Program-made: the position numbers and the translations under genes
In this document: positions 10,665-22,480 of the stretch, in pieces
Layout: every line of letters starts with the position of its first letter
Position numbering within the stretch: position 1 is the first letter of the stretch
From: Marsupella aquatica
Lineage: Eukaryota; Plantae; Marchantiophyta
NCBI GenBank assembly: GCA_973895155.1
Contig: OZ316894.1
Location: 21,795,867-21,859,866, forward strand
DNA: 64,000 bases
Reading direction: 5' to 3'
The notes under the pieces: generated by a model
The model's input: only the letters and a program-made list of their open reading frames with translations
The model's database searches: none
Told to the model about the DNA's origin: nothing

Positions 10665-13573
10665 TCACTTGCAGCGTCGCTTTGCTTCACTGTACCCAAT
10701 AACACCGAACACAGTTATGGTGTACCCAACCATTCCCATAACTGACACTGGATTCCGGAACAGCAATATTGAGACTACCACCGCCACGGCTCCTTTTGCA
10801 TTACCAAGGACCTGTCACAGAAACATGAGGAAGGTCAGTAATGGATCAAAACTAATCCCCTTGCCATTGCATTGAAAGACAGATGAATGGAAAAAAACTT
10901 GAAGACAGAATAACTTCAGGCCGAACAAAAGAACATCCCGCACAAGTTATTTCCTGAGAGAGTAAGGCGAAAAGTATGACCATCATTCAGCAAACGACAT
11001 AGAAATCTTAGAAGATGAGTCTAGTCTAGCCTACAAAAATGAACTTACGGGATTGCAATTTCAGGGGTTCAAAGGGACCTCTGGGAAACGAAAAATGTTG
11101 GACCAAGGGCAACGTAATGCCAGGGAACTGAAGGGACTAGAGTTAAGCAATTAATTCCGGATAGAAGAGAGACGTTAATGATTGCAGCGGAAAGATGAAT
11201 ATATAATCCAAACAATTCTGAGAGCCAACGCGGCCCTAAACGAATGCATGGACTCGAAAGGCTTCCGCACTGCAAATGGGATAAGGAGGGCATAGCCACT
11301 TAATACGAAGTACTGGCTTTGGGAGACGGTGTTTGAAGTGGGTCGGATTCCCCGGACGCAGTAGGAAGGAAAGTTCCTTGTACAGGACAAGGTTGAGCTG
11401 CTGCAAGTATAGATCGGAATCCTCATCGCAACAACTTGAAAGATTCTAACCTAAAGCTTCAGAAGTCTCATTACTGTTGACTCCAGGTGCTCTTAAAATT
11501 TGTGGCCCTCAAAGAAGAATTCTTCTCAAGGCAGTGACACTCAATTTCGATGAAAATCACGACTTCGAAAGGGATCCATAGTACGTTATTAATAGGTGGC
11601 GAATATTTTGGACAGAAACTTCCAGGAGATAACTCGAAAGTTGAATCAGGAACAGTCAGGTTAGAGCCAACAAACGTCAACGGCGATGTCTCTGACGCTG
11701 TGGATATTTATCACCAGAAACCAATCAAGGCTAAAATGTCGAGTATAGGGTTGCAGATAGAGTCCGGGAGCGATGCCTACCTGGAGGGTCAAGGCACTTG
11801 TAGTCTTCGTGACAAGAAAATTCGTGAGGTTGACGAAATAGGCCATCGAGGAATTCACAAGGAGCATAAAAAGAATGGCAGGATCCACTTGCGCCTGTCG
11901 AATAGTGATGCCAACCACATTTGGTTCCAGCCATAAGGTTGCCGGCAATAATATCACCACGGCAATTGGCGCCATGTATAATAGCAAATTCATAGAATTA
12001 AGCTTCTCCCTGCATTCAAACAACAGCAGGGCGGCAAGGAAAATGAGTCTTTCGATTTCCAGTTTCGAATCCAGTATCACGAGACTCACTGTAGTAAGAT
12101 CTGTCGATGACACCAGTCGCATACGAATTCGTTTCACATCCAAAGTACTTTCGTTCATTTTGGGCACGACCTAGGCATATGTTTGTAGGGGTTGGCTGAC
12201 GATAAAATTGCGGTTGGTATTCTCTTGTCCCCGTTCGAAAAACGACATTGAACAGATCCAGTACGAGGATGGAAAAGACGTGCAGCAATGACATATTCTA
12301 TGGGATGCCACGATAATCAAATCTGAAATGGGGAGCACTCGTAGAACACTTACCCCTCATTAGAAAGCAGGATCCCTTGCACCACGGACTTAAGTGCCCT
12401 GGCAGCTGTAGCAGATATACACATGATGAAACCGTAGAGGTGAAAGCTCGGTTCTCCCTGGTCAAAATATCGCGAGGTAATTCAATAAATCAAGTAAGTG
12501 GCGGATCCGTTGACTTCGTTCGACAACAGAAATGTGATAAACTGTTAGCAAGATCCAATGATTGACCTCAGATGTTCTACAACAAAGGTGAATCTCGCGA
12601 CGCGTAAATTACGACCTTCTTCCTTATTGGTGAAAACGATATTATCAAATAGCAGAGATGATATAAGGATGGGTTATCCCTCAGGAGCGTTTTCAATGGA
12701 TCTGCATTCATCTAACAGCGAACTTGAGAGTGTTCGGAACAAATGGAGTAATTCAGTGTACTCGTTATCTAACGTGTGCTAAAGCGATGAACAGGACTTT
12801 ATGCAAACAAACGATAAGCAAGATATGGTTAGTGAGGGATTTCGTTAAACTTGTTTGAAAAGCAACCGAATCTCCCACAAGAGAGAAAACAGTGAGCAGT
12901 GGACACAGAGAAAGAGATACAGAAGAAACTATCACCACAGAGAGGCACAGCAAGCGATTCAGTACATCTTGAGCGAAGGTGGAACTCCCAGAAGGACACT
13001 GGAACCCATGACAATTGATTGAGATCAGAATGGTACCCCGCTGGCTATGACGACGCCGACAACCACCGGTATAAGAGTCGCATAAGTCAGCCACGCTTCT
13101 CTCCGGAATGTCATAGCGTAAGCAAACATAGCTGTGAAAAACGGAGTGGTGGCACCGATAGCCTGGTTGAAGGACACCGGCAAGAATCGGAGGGAGATGT
13201 TACCGCTCACAACAGAAGTACAAAAGATCACGCTCAGAGCCGCAATTTTGATGAACTGAGAACGAGATCGGATAGACTGCATCGGCACAATTTTCATCCA
13301 CGCAATTGCGACGTAGCTGAACAGAGCGCATGCTGACATATGGCACATTGTGAGAAAAATAGGGAATTTGAAGCCATAATTGCTGAGAAGATACTTGTTC
13401 AAGAGTAATACACCGATATTGGAGAAGTACCAGGATCCGATAAGACTAATCGTATACAAGCTACTCTGTGGCTTGGTGATCTCTGTTTTGGTCGTCGTCG
13501 GGAGGTGATCCTTGGGAGATGCCCCGTTTCTCAAGAAAGGTTTCTTCTCATCATACTCCATCGCTCCTCCCAT
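10665..13573 (-). CDS. Triose-phosphate-translocator (TPT/DMT) family nucleotide-sugar / sugar-phosphate transporter, 4 exons
   Basis: Exons 13573-13037, 12457-12354, 12009-11781, 10811-10665. Reads [32 protein letters not shown]...[13 protein letters not shown]...[14 protein letters not shown]...TSALTLQ|[22 protein letters not shown]...YSEAKRRCK*, typical of the At3g11320-like clade. Confidence 0.95.
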
Positions 13574-14431
13574 CTTGACAGACTACAGTGCCTCCCTCCC
13601 GGGGGTTCCTGAAACCGACTGACCGCTTCCCTTTCCCTGAAATGAACTACCTACATTGACCGCTGTCACCACGCAGAGTCCCACGCCGCACTCACTACTC
13701 CAAGCAACCTCCCAAAAAGTCGATTCGCCGCAATGTGGCAGACGAGAAAATGCGTGCAGGCTGCATGCAGTAGCTAAAACAGCACCCGGTTCACAAAGCT
13801 CAGATCGCCAGCGACCAATTCAAACCCACCGCGCTAAACAGCCCACCCTCAATCCCGATCATTCATGCTCTGCGTCGATCCCATTCACAATCACCTCCTC
13901 TTCCACACACATTGATCGATTCCTCTCCCGCCTACCCTGCTTCGATCCTCCGTCGCTTTCTTCCTTCTATCACCGTGCCTACTCCTCCTCAACCTCCTTG
14001 TACTCGAGCTCCACACCTACTTCCCAAACCTCTCCCACAACAACAAGATCGCACTCCTTTCCCCTCCTCTCCTCTCGTCTCGTCTCCTCTCCTCTCCACA
14101 CTCTACTCCTCGGGCGTCAACAGCATCCGCACGAAGCTTTCTCCGGGGCCAAATTTCCTCCACAGCACCGCTCACACGATTCGAAACAAAAGCCGCTCCG
14201 CCACGAGAGAGGAGCAAGCAGACCTGCGCTCTCCTCGACTGTCGACTCGATCCGACGTCCCCCACTTCCGAGTCGTCGCACGAGGAGGAGCGCCACCACA
14301 CGGATTCAACGCAACGAATCCCGATCGCGCCCGCGAAGAGACCGACAGCCGAGTGACAAACACGAGAGAACGAGCGAACGAGGGAACGAGAGAACGAGGG
14401 CGCGACGACTGAGACAGCGCCGAAACAGGAG

Positions 14432-14652
14432 ATCCTCTCCTTCCTTTCCGTTCGGTCTCCTCTCCTCTCCCTTCCTTTCCTTTTCCTTCCTTTCCTTTTC
14501 CTTCTTTTCTTTTCCTTTCCTTTCCTTTCCTTTCGGTCTCCTTTCCTTTCGGTCTCCTTTCCTTCCTTTCCTTTCCTTTTCTTTCCTTTTCTTTTCTTTT
14601 CTTTTCTTTTCCTTTCCTTTCCTTTCCTTTCCTTTCCTTTCCTTTCCTTTCG
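14432..14652. repeat. (TTTCC/TTTTC)n polypyrimidine-polypurine microsatellite
   Basis: About 220 bp almost purely C/T on the + strand, interrupted by a few ttcggtctcc units. Confidence 0.95.
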
Positions 14653-14769
14653 GAAGGAACCGTCCTGTCTGTCACCAGCAACACGCCCATCAACGGGTCA
14701 ATGGGCGTGAAATTGAGACAGTGGTATCGTATCGTCGTATATGGTATAATAATACAGCTACAGCCGACA

Positions 14770-15168
14770 GTGTCTAAATGTTTAGTGTATTTCACATAAA
14801 TGCTCTGGAAATATGTATATGACGTGTCCACTTTTTTACTGTATTGCCTATAATGCTTTTTGTCTAAATGTTAGTGTATTGCCCATAAATGCTCTGGAAA
14901 TATGAAATATGACGTGTCTAGATGTTTAGTGTATTGCCCATAATGCTTGTTGTGGAAATGTTAGTGTAATGGCCATAATGTTTTTGTCTAAATGATAGAG
15001 TATTGCCTATAATGCTCTGGAAATATGACCTTAATGTATCTAATGGCGTGAAATGAATGCCAAGCAGCAACACTCCCGTCAACAAGTCAATGGGGGAGAA
15101 AAGTGGTGTGGTATAATAATAAGCCTGCAGTGTCTAAATATTAGTGTATTGCCCATAATGCTCTGGAC
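14770..15168. repeat. Degenerate tandem repeat (gtctaaatgttagtgtattgcccataatgctctggaaatat)
   Basis: Motif recurs at about 14772, 14862, 14916, 14986 and 15132. Confidence 0.8.
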
Positions 15169-15169
15169 A

Positions 15170-15481
15170 TCTCAGTATATAAAAGAGCCAATTGAAGTCT
15201 ACTTTTAACAGCCTAGGTCCAGAAGAAAGACTCTAGAAAGTAAGTCCATGACCATAGTGTGCACTCATGACTATGATGTATGTCAACTGGTACATGTAAG
15301 TTTTTTGTGATAATTTAAAAAAAATACATCTTACTATAAAAGTCGTCAACTGAAGTTTGCTTTTAAGAGCCTAGGTCTAAAGTGACGCCTCTAGACTAGA
15401 ACTCCATAGAGAATATATTTTGGTAACACTTTTATTGTCCTCTTTGCTATTCACATTCAAAGAACGGGTAGTCGGGGCTAG
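15170..15481 (+). mobile_element. Non-autonomous Helitron-like element, copy 1 (duplicated 5' end)
   Basis: A|TC starts at 15170 and 15329 (tcttactataaaa...aactgaag...gcctaggtcta). 3' end ttcaaagaacgggtagtcggggCTAG|T at 15481. Both termini are shared with the copy at 42824-43316. Confidence 0.7.
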
Positions 15482-18278
15482 TAGGAATTCAATACATCTA
15501 AAGGCCTCAGTGTCAACTCGCATGTGAGTGAGCAAGAGTTGGATGCCTTACCCCCCCCCCTCCCCCCACAATCCTGTGCCAGGCTGATGACAAAAATTTT
15601 GGAATTCAAAGGGCAAGGGCCGGAAAGTTACATAATAATATAAAGGTTGCCCTGTAAAAGCTTCAGGTCGCAACGACAACGGAGGGGCCGACCAGCCTTG
15701 TGTGCACTTGACATGTTCCCAATCAATTTGCAAGTGTTGAGGGCACAATGTTGAGGGCTGCAACATGCAAGTTGGCTCTAAGAAATTTTTGTTTTTACTG
15801 CTTTAAGTGAAAGTACAGGAGAGTCTTCCTAAAGAGGTGATCCAAGTCTTCACCAGACATTTTCTCCAAGAATGCACTGAAAAATAAAACCATGAAGGGC
15901 ATTAAAGGTGAGTGGTAGGCTCCCAGGCCTGCACTTATCCACAATATCCATTATGGTAAACCTCTTGTAGTTTTTTTTCTGTAAATTCTATGGATGGTTA
16001 TGAACAAGTTATGAGCCATGACCCCCCCTGTCAGCCTGGCCTGGGGGTTATGAGATTTGGCCCAGTGGCTAGCCAGCCTCGAGTCCGACCATCCAATTTC
16101 AGGTGCAATGATGAGGTCTGAAGAGAAAAAACTCAGTCTGTTGGGGGGTAATGCTTGCTAACCCATGGTCGCTCGGGGGCTGTGGTTGTTACCCCCTTGG
16201 ACTCAACCCACTCGGGGGTTACATCCCATGACCCCCTCCAGACCATGGGTAAGTCTATGTGCACTTGTATACTTCACAACAACATACACAAGTCACCTCG
16301 TTTGCATGGCAATTTGCAAATGTTTTTTAGCTTTGGCTGTATATTGGTATTGACACATTGAGACTCTGGCAAATACATAAAGAACAAGTTTCTTCTACTC
16401 TAGATACTTTTTCAATTATTTATTGAATATTTTGTCTAATTACCTTAATTATCAAGGAGAGGGCAATTACACTAAAAGCATATAACGTTAATGTGGAGCT
16501 TGAGAAAAACTAGATGGAATTCATGTGCAGTGCTTAGTGAAGGAAGAACCGCACTTAAGAAAAACTGCATTTACAAAACAAAAAGTTGGGGGACTACATG
16601 ACCACCCTGCACTTATCCATGGAATGCAGTTATCCACCATGCACTTATACATGTGGACTGATGTAGTGTAGAATCAATTCGCATTGTGCTTCTGCTTTTT
16701 TGTTTTCTAATCACTGGACAATGTAGAGGAGTCGCTTGCTCGCTGGGCAGCACATGAAGAACCATGTCAGTAATTGCAAGTTGAAATGTGACAATATGCA
16801 GTCTACCACAAATAACCCATCATTTAAAGAGAATAATTGGGTTTATTATGGTATGAGGTGACATATACACCACATATTGTCACATTTTGATGTGCAATAA
16901 CCAGGATGCCATGAAGAAATCAAAGAAAAACACCTTGGGGGCTGGCATGACCACTCTCAGTGTTAGATATTACGCCTCCTGACCAGACCTCTGGCTGAGG
17001 CTATGCACTGCAGTAACTTGTGCACTGCCCTGCAGTAGAGTACAGAGGGAGAGCTGGCGAAGAGGGAAAGAGGTGAAATGAAAAGGGCAGACAGAACTCA
17101 GAGAAGAATGGGGCGGTAGACCATGAAAAACTCTACCAAAAACTTGACTTACTACCAAAAATTCTAGAGTGCTGTGAAACTTCCAAAGAATGTTGTGATG
17201 TACATTTTTAACAATTTTGTTAGCATCTTGTATACCACACTGACAAAGAACAAAAAATGCCTAACAAAGAAACAGAATCCCAAAGGCAAGAAACCCTGCA
17301 GAATGGAGAGAACATAAGAAAAACCAGGGAAGACCAGTGAGAAACTTAACCTTGTGAGTCCAAAAACATTGCAGCAACAGTAAAACCCTAGTGGACAGCA
17401 AACTAAAAACCCTGGTCAAAGTTGGGAAGGAGGGTCACCAAAAGAAATTTGTCTAGAGTCGTTAAGCCCTTTAATTTAAGCTTCTTGGCACTTCCAATGA
17501 TTTCCTAGACCCGCTTTTCTCTGTTTTGTATTGCCAGGGCCATTTTGGTGGTGGCTTTTGACTAGAAATAGACATAAAGAAATGGCAACCCAAAATTGAC
17601 ACATGAAAGAGGTGGCAACACGGACCCTGCCATACCAACTCTTCTGGCTCCTCATACTCATTCCATATTGCCGCCTTGTGGCAACTCTATTGATTTAATG
17701 GTGCCCATTTTGCAGTAGGGATTCCATGGTCCAGATAGTCTTGACAATTCTACATCCCGTTTTTGTTCGTTGCATTACGTAGTCACACCCTTTGATAGAG
17801 AAATAGCCAAAAAGAAAAGATAAAAACTCTGGGATCAATAAATGGGCATCTTAGTTTGATCTCATCTTGGGCACCCACACCCTGCCCATGGGCAAGAGCG
17901 GACACGTAAACTGGAATCCAGGATATTGCCTCCCTTGGGGACAACCTCTAACACTTCAATGGTGTCGATTTGGCTAGAGATTCTAGGGCCCAGATATATT
18001 CAAAGGCATCTCATTTCCCATTGTATTAAATAGCCAGCCCCTTTGCTTCAGAAAATGATGTTCCCATGGACCACAACGTTGATCCTTGAAAACCCCCATG
18101 GGCCACATTTCCGCAATTTTGAGCTTAATTGTAACAACTTGGGTTCGTAAATTCTAATATTTTTGAGTTTTCAGGATGTGCTAGAGGAATAGGTAAGCTA
18201 CACTTCCATCAAAGTGAAAATGAAGTTGTGCTCATTTTGGTTGAATTATTCATCATGGAATGCGGAGGGGTAAGTTCT

Positions 18279-18671
18279 ATTAGACTTATATTCATTGCGT
18301 TAATATGAGAAGGGCTTGTGCTTTTTTGTGCCCGTATTTGGGTGTACTCCTTCTCTAGTTGTCTAGCAAGTGAAAACACTAAAGATTGTTGTATAACTCA
18401 TAATCATCAAGTAATAACCCAAAACTCCCATGGACCACCAAAATGTGGTCCACTGTCCAAGGTGGTGGTTATTAGATTAATATTCATTGCGTTAATATGA
18501 AATAGAAGAGCTTGTGCTTTTTGTGCCCTTTTTGTGTCTACTACTTCCCTAGTTGCCTAGCAAGTGAAAAGCACAGATTATTGTATAACTCATAATCATC
18601 AAGTCATAAGCCCAAAACTCCCATGGACCACCAAAATGTGGTACATGGAGCACTGTGTCCAAGGTGGTGGT
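18279..18671. repeat. Tandem duplication, 2 copies of about 195 bp
   Basis: attagacttatattcattgcgttaatatga...ccaaggtggtggt occurs twice in succession. Confidence 0.9.
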
Positions 18672-19591
18672 CCATCCGGGTTTTGTTTTCTTTGCTTTGT
18701 GATGTTTGGATAAAAATATAGCTAAAGAAATATAAAATTGTCGGTTGTGTTCATATAATGTCTCAATGGCATGGATTACTCATAGTCAATCATACAGCAC
18801 TATAACATTTTTCATTGCAGGAATCCATGAAGTATATCTCTCTCGATAATAGGGCAATCATAGTTTGCTCTCATGATGAGCACCCACATACCGGCGGTAT
18901 AGAATAAACCGGGCAGCCAGGGTTTGGGGAGCTCAGTAAGTGACAGGAAATCACGGGTCCCACCATGCAGATCGGCAATCAGTGAGTCTAAAGATGCAAA
19001 AACAAACTGTAGCCTCTATTAGGGGCTTTTCCATCTCGGCCCTCTCTGGCACTCTTTAATCTTTCAGCATACTATTTAAGATTTAAATTTTTTTTCTTGT
19101 GTGGCGAATCTCCTCTGCAGGACAGGATTTCTTGCAATATTTTTTGATACTCAGAGATCCCTATATTTTTGAGTATTTTAATAAATTTGAAGATGAAGGC
19201 TAGATTCTAGCTAATGGAGTTTGTGACTAGATGGGAAACTCACTATAGGGGGTCAGAAAACCTAAAAGCAAAGGTATTTTAAACCAAAAAAAAAGTGGCA
19301 AAACTTCATGGAGACATGTAATCTAGGAACTAAAAAACTTCATGGATAGATGGAATCTAGCTGTCCTGCCCGGGACTGGCTGCTCTGCCCGTGTTCTTCG
19401 CGATATTATTATTAACGCATTAAGTACCTCATGGGCACTTGGGATTTTATAGGTGAAGAAGTTTCCTCTCGAGACAGGAAAAGAGAATAAAATGAAAACC
19501 TTGCGGGGACTTTTCAAGACAAGGCGACAAAATTTCCTTACTTAGAGCATCTTGCCTGAGGAGAAGGCAATTGTATTCTTTTCATATCATC

Positions 19592-19735
19592 AACTCACCG
19601 GCCCATTGTGGTTGTTGGTATTGTTTTGATAGATTATCATTGTGATCATGGTAATCATGGTAGAGCATCTCCATTAACTCACCAGCCCATTGCGGTTGTT
19701 GCTATTGTTATGATATACTCTTATTGTGACCATTT
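19592..19735. repeat. Tandem duplication of about 84 bp
   Basis: aactcaccggcccattgtggttgttg...attgtgatcat at 19592 and 19676. Confidence 0.75.
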
Positions 19736-19774
19736 TAGAGAGTCTCGAACCTAACAGGTTTTTTTAATTGTAAG

Positions 19775-20392
19775 AGGGTGTTTCCAAAAAGTTAGGTCCA
19801 ACCCACTGGCTATATATATATATAGCATGTTCATCCTGGAACACCTATTTTTTTGTTGTCTTGGAATGATATCAAGTAGGTACATGTAAAGTATATGCCA
19901 AGAAATTAATATATGTTAATTAAGAATGAATGATATAACACAAAAATTCATAAGTACACATGCAAACAAAATACCTTATCACCAAGAAAGTACAAAAATA
20001 CTAAAGAGTTGTGCACATATAGTACAGATTCTAAATTGCTTCTAGATAATCACAATCAACTCAATTAAAACCATAAAACACCATATATGCACATTGTTCA
20101 AATTCATTTCTCTCGCTCTCATGAGAAAAAAGAGAATTCACTAAGGAGGGATTGAAAATGGAAGATTAAACATTTATGAGGGGAGCCAAATACATTCAAA
20201 ATTCTCTAAGTTCACTAATATAAAAAAAGGGGTCCAAAAGTTAATTCAAAATCAAATTAATACAAAACATTCACCTTGTTAAGGCACATTAGATTTAAAA
20301 AAATAGTGGACACAAAATGTGAAAGATGGATTCACCATATAGCAGCTTCAACTGTAATAGGGTGTTTCCAAAAAGTTGAGTCCAAGCCACTC
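19775..20392. mobile_element. Remnant Tc1/mariner-like terminal repeats
   Basis: agggtgtttccaaaaagtt..gtccaa.ccact at about 19775 and 20359, plus an inverted partial copy ggaacacctat at about 19838-19848. Confidence 0.4.
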
Positions 20393-21522
20393 ACAAGAAT
20401 GCGATTGGGTTTTCAGGAATGGGGTTTTTAAGTTACTGGATCTGTTCATTGACAAGATTATACCCTAGTTAACTCCATACTAGGTTTCTTGATGCGTTTA
20501 GGGTTTATTTTTGTCAGATCCTGATACCTCCTCTAAAAGGGAATTCACCCCAGGATCGAGGCTGCTTCCCAGTTGACCAGCAATATATAGATACAGGGCA
20601 CTTAAAAATTGATAACAGCTAAAAAAGACTGTTGTTAGACTGGATATTCCAGTAAGTAAAACTCTCTTGGGTTGGAGATGCTCTTATAGGGTGTACAAGT
20701 TAAATAATGTACAGAAAATACTCAAGCATCTCACTACGAACATAATGAGAGTAAGATACAAATATACAAATGTGAATCAATGTCCATGAAATGTAAACCT
20801 TACTTATTATGCCTAAATGGGCTCTCGATAGATATGAATAAAGTCATTTAATCACGATCATAAGTTCAAGCGAGTAAAATCACGCGCAATCTGTGTTCAG
20901 CCTTTGTGAATAACTCATTATGGACAACCAAACATAATCCAAAGATGATAATGGATAACTTATGTTTGGATTCTGCCGGCATAGACATACCCAAGTACAC
21001 CAGAAGGCTAAGATAGTTTTCCACAAGGATAGTTCAGAAAGGCTTTGCTAAAGTGTGGGGGCCCATTGTCTTTTTTAATTTTCTCTGAGATTAAATCTGG
21101 ACCATGGAATGAGCGAAGAAAGGTTGCAGCTGGCTTTACAAGAAGTGAGGCTCATTCAAGTACCATGTCTTCCTACCGTACATGGCAAAGTAGTTGGCCA
21201 AAGTAAACGCACAAAAGTGTTTGTTTTCTAGAATTTTAGACCAACTACCCATAGGCCCAAACATTCCCCAACTTTGGCTATTTCAGTTCAAGTTTGCATT
21301 TATTGAAGTTCATTTCCAAAATATTTTGAAATGAACTCTATCTATCTTTAGAACTGAAAGACAACGTTTCAGTTTGGTTTAGTGAGAAAAGTAGCAAGCG
21401 CCCATGAAGTCTTGGAAAGCCAAACCTTGGTCTCCTGGATTACTTTTGCAATAAAATCAATGTATCTCTTATTATGGCTCTTCAGGCTTTCAGGACCAGA
21501 CTACTTTGAGGTGCTCCCTTTT

Positions 21523-21582
21523 GCCTGCTAGTTTGGCCCCGATGGAGCTTTCGCCTGCTAGTTTGGCCCCGATGGAGCTTTC
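21523..21582. repeat. Perfect 30-bp tandem duplication
   Basis: gcctgctagtttggccccgatggagctttc occurs twice. Confidence 0.95.
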
Positions 21583-21989
21583 ACTCCGTCTGTTCCCCTT
21601 GTCAGTATGGATTTCATCCCCCACTATGATATTAATGGAACCATGAGTCTCTAAAAAATCATGGTATCCCTTAGAGATGAAATGTGGTCATTCTCGTTGT
21701 GTGAGGTACAAGATCAGGTTTCAACCAAGTCTTTTTTCACCAGATCTCATACTAAAGTCATGTGGTGATGTAGCAAAGGGGGGTGGACACACATGGTCAC
21801 AACCTACAGCAACAACGTGGAGGGTATAACCCGCATGCAATTGTATTATTGACAAGATTCTGGGATTTGGCTTTTTAATTTCAGGAATCTGGATGTCACT
21901 GGAGACAAATATGCTTTAGTAGATAGATAGATTATCCCTCCTAGAAGCACTTTTCTACCAAACAATGTACTTGCCAAGGGTATTAAAAA

Positions 21990-22480
21990 GCTTTTTTTAT
22001 GAGTGATATCAGAGCAAGGTTGATGCTTAAGTCAGATCAGGCTGGCCAATTGTAATCTAATTGTTAGGTATTGCTCTTAGTCTTGTGATTCTTGAGCTAA
22101 CCACAGTTAGACTAACTCAGGTTAGGACTTAGCTAAGGTTAGCAGTAGTGCTATTGTGTATATAGCCAGGGTTGGTGCCAGTCCCTGGTGGATATTCAGT
22201 TCATTGTTGGAGTTGAGCAAGAGAGAAATAAAGATCTCTTGTTTTCCTGTGGACGTAGCCTTGGTCATGAGGTGAACCACGTACTCATTGTGTCGACTAC
22301 TTTGTATGGTGTTCACATGTGCATGGTGTCTCGGGATAGGGATTATCCCCGACACTAATCTCATGTAGCAAAGATTGTTGTTACAATGTGATCTAGGGTC
22401 CCAATGTGGTAGCATGTTTCATAGCTCTTGCACGGCTCGTAGAGCAACACTAGAGCATGACACAAATTGGTATGTGGCCA
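21990..22480 (+). mobile_element. Degenerate Ty1/copia-type LTR remnant
   Basis: gtggacgtagcc...ggtgaaccacgta (22248-22283) is a motif common in copia LTRs. PBS-like tgatatcagagc at 22004-22015 is one mismatch from the tRNA-iMet PBS TGGTATCAGAGC. No coding region remains; boundaries are uncertain. Confidence 0.5.

Noticed and set aside
13656-14831. 373-aa (+) and 219-aa (-) ORFs
   Set aside because: They are open because of stop-poor CT/GA-rich leader DNA and the (TTTCC)n tract. The + ORF starts at TTG and ends in FPFLS repeats.
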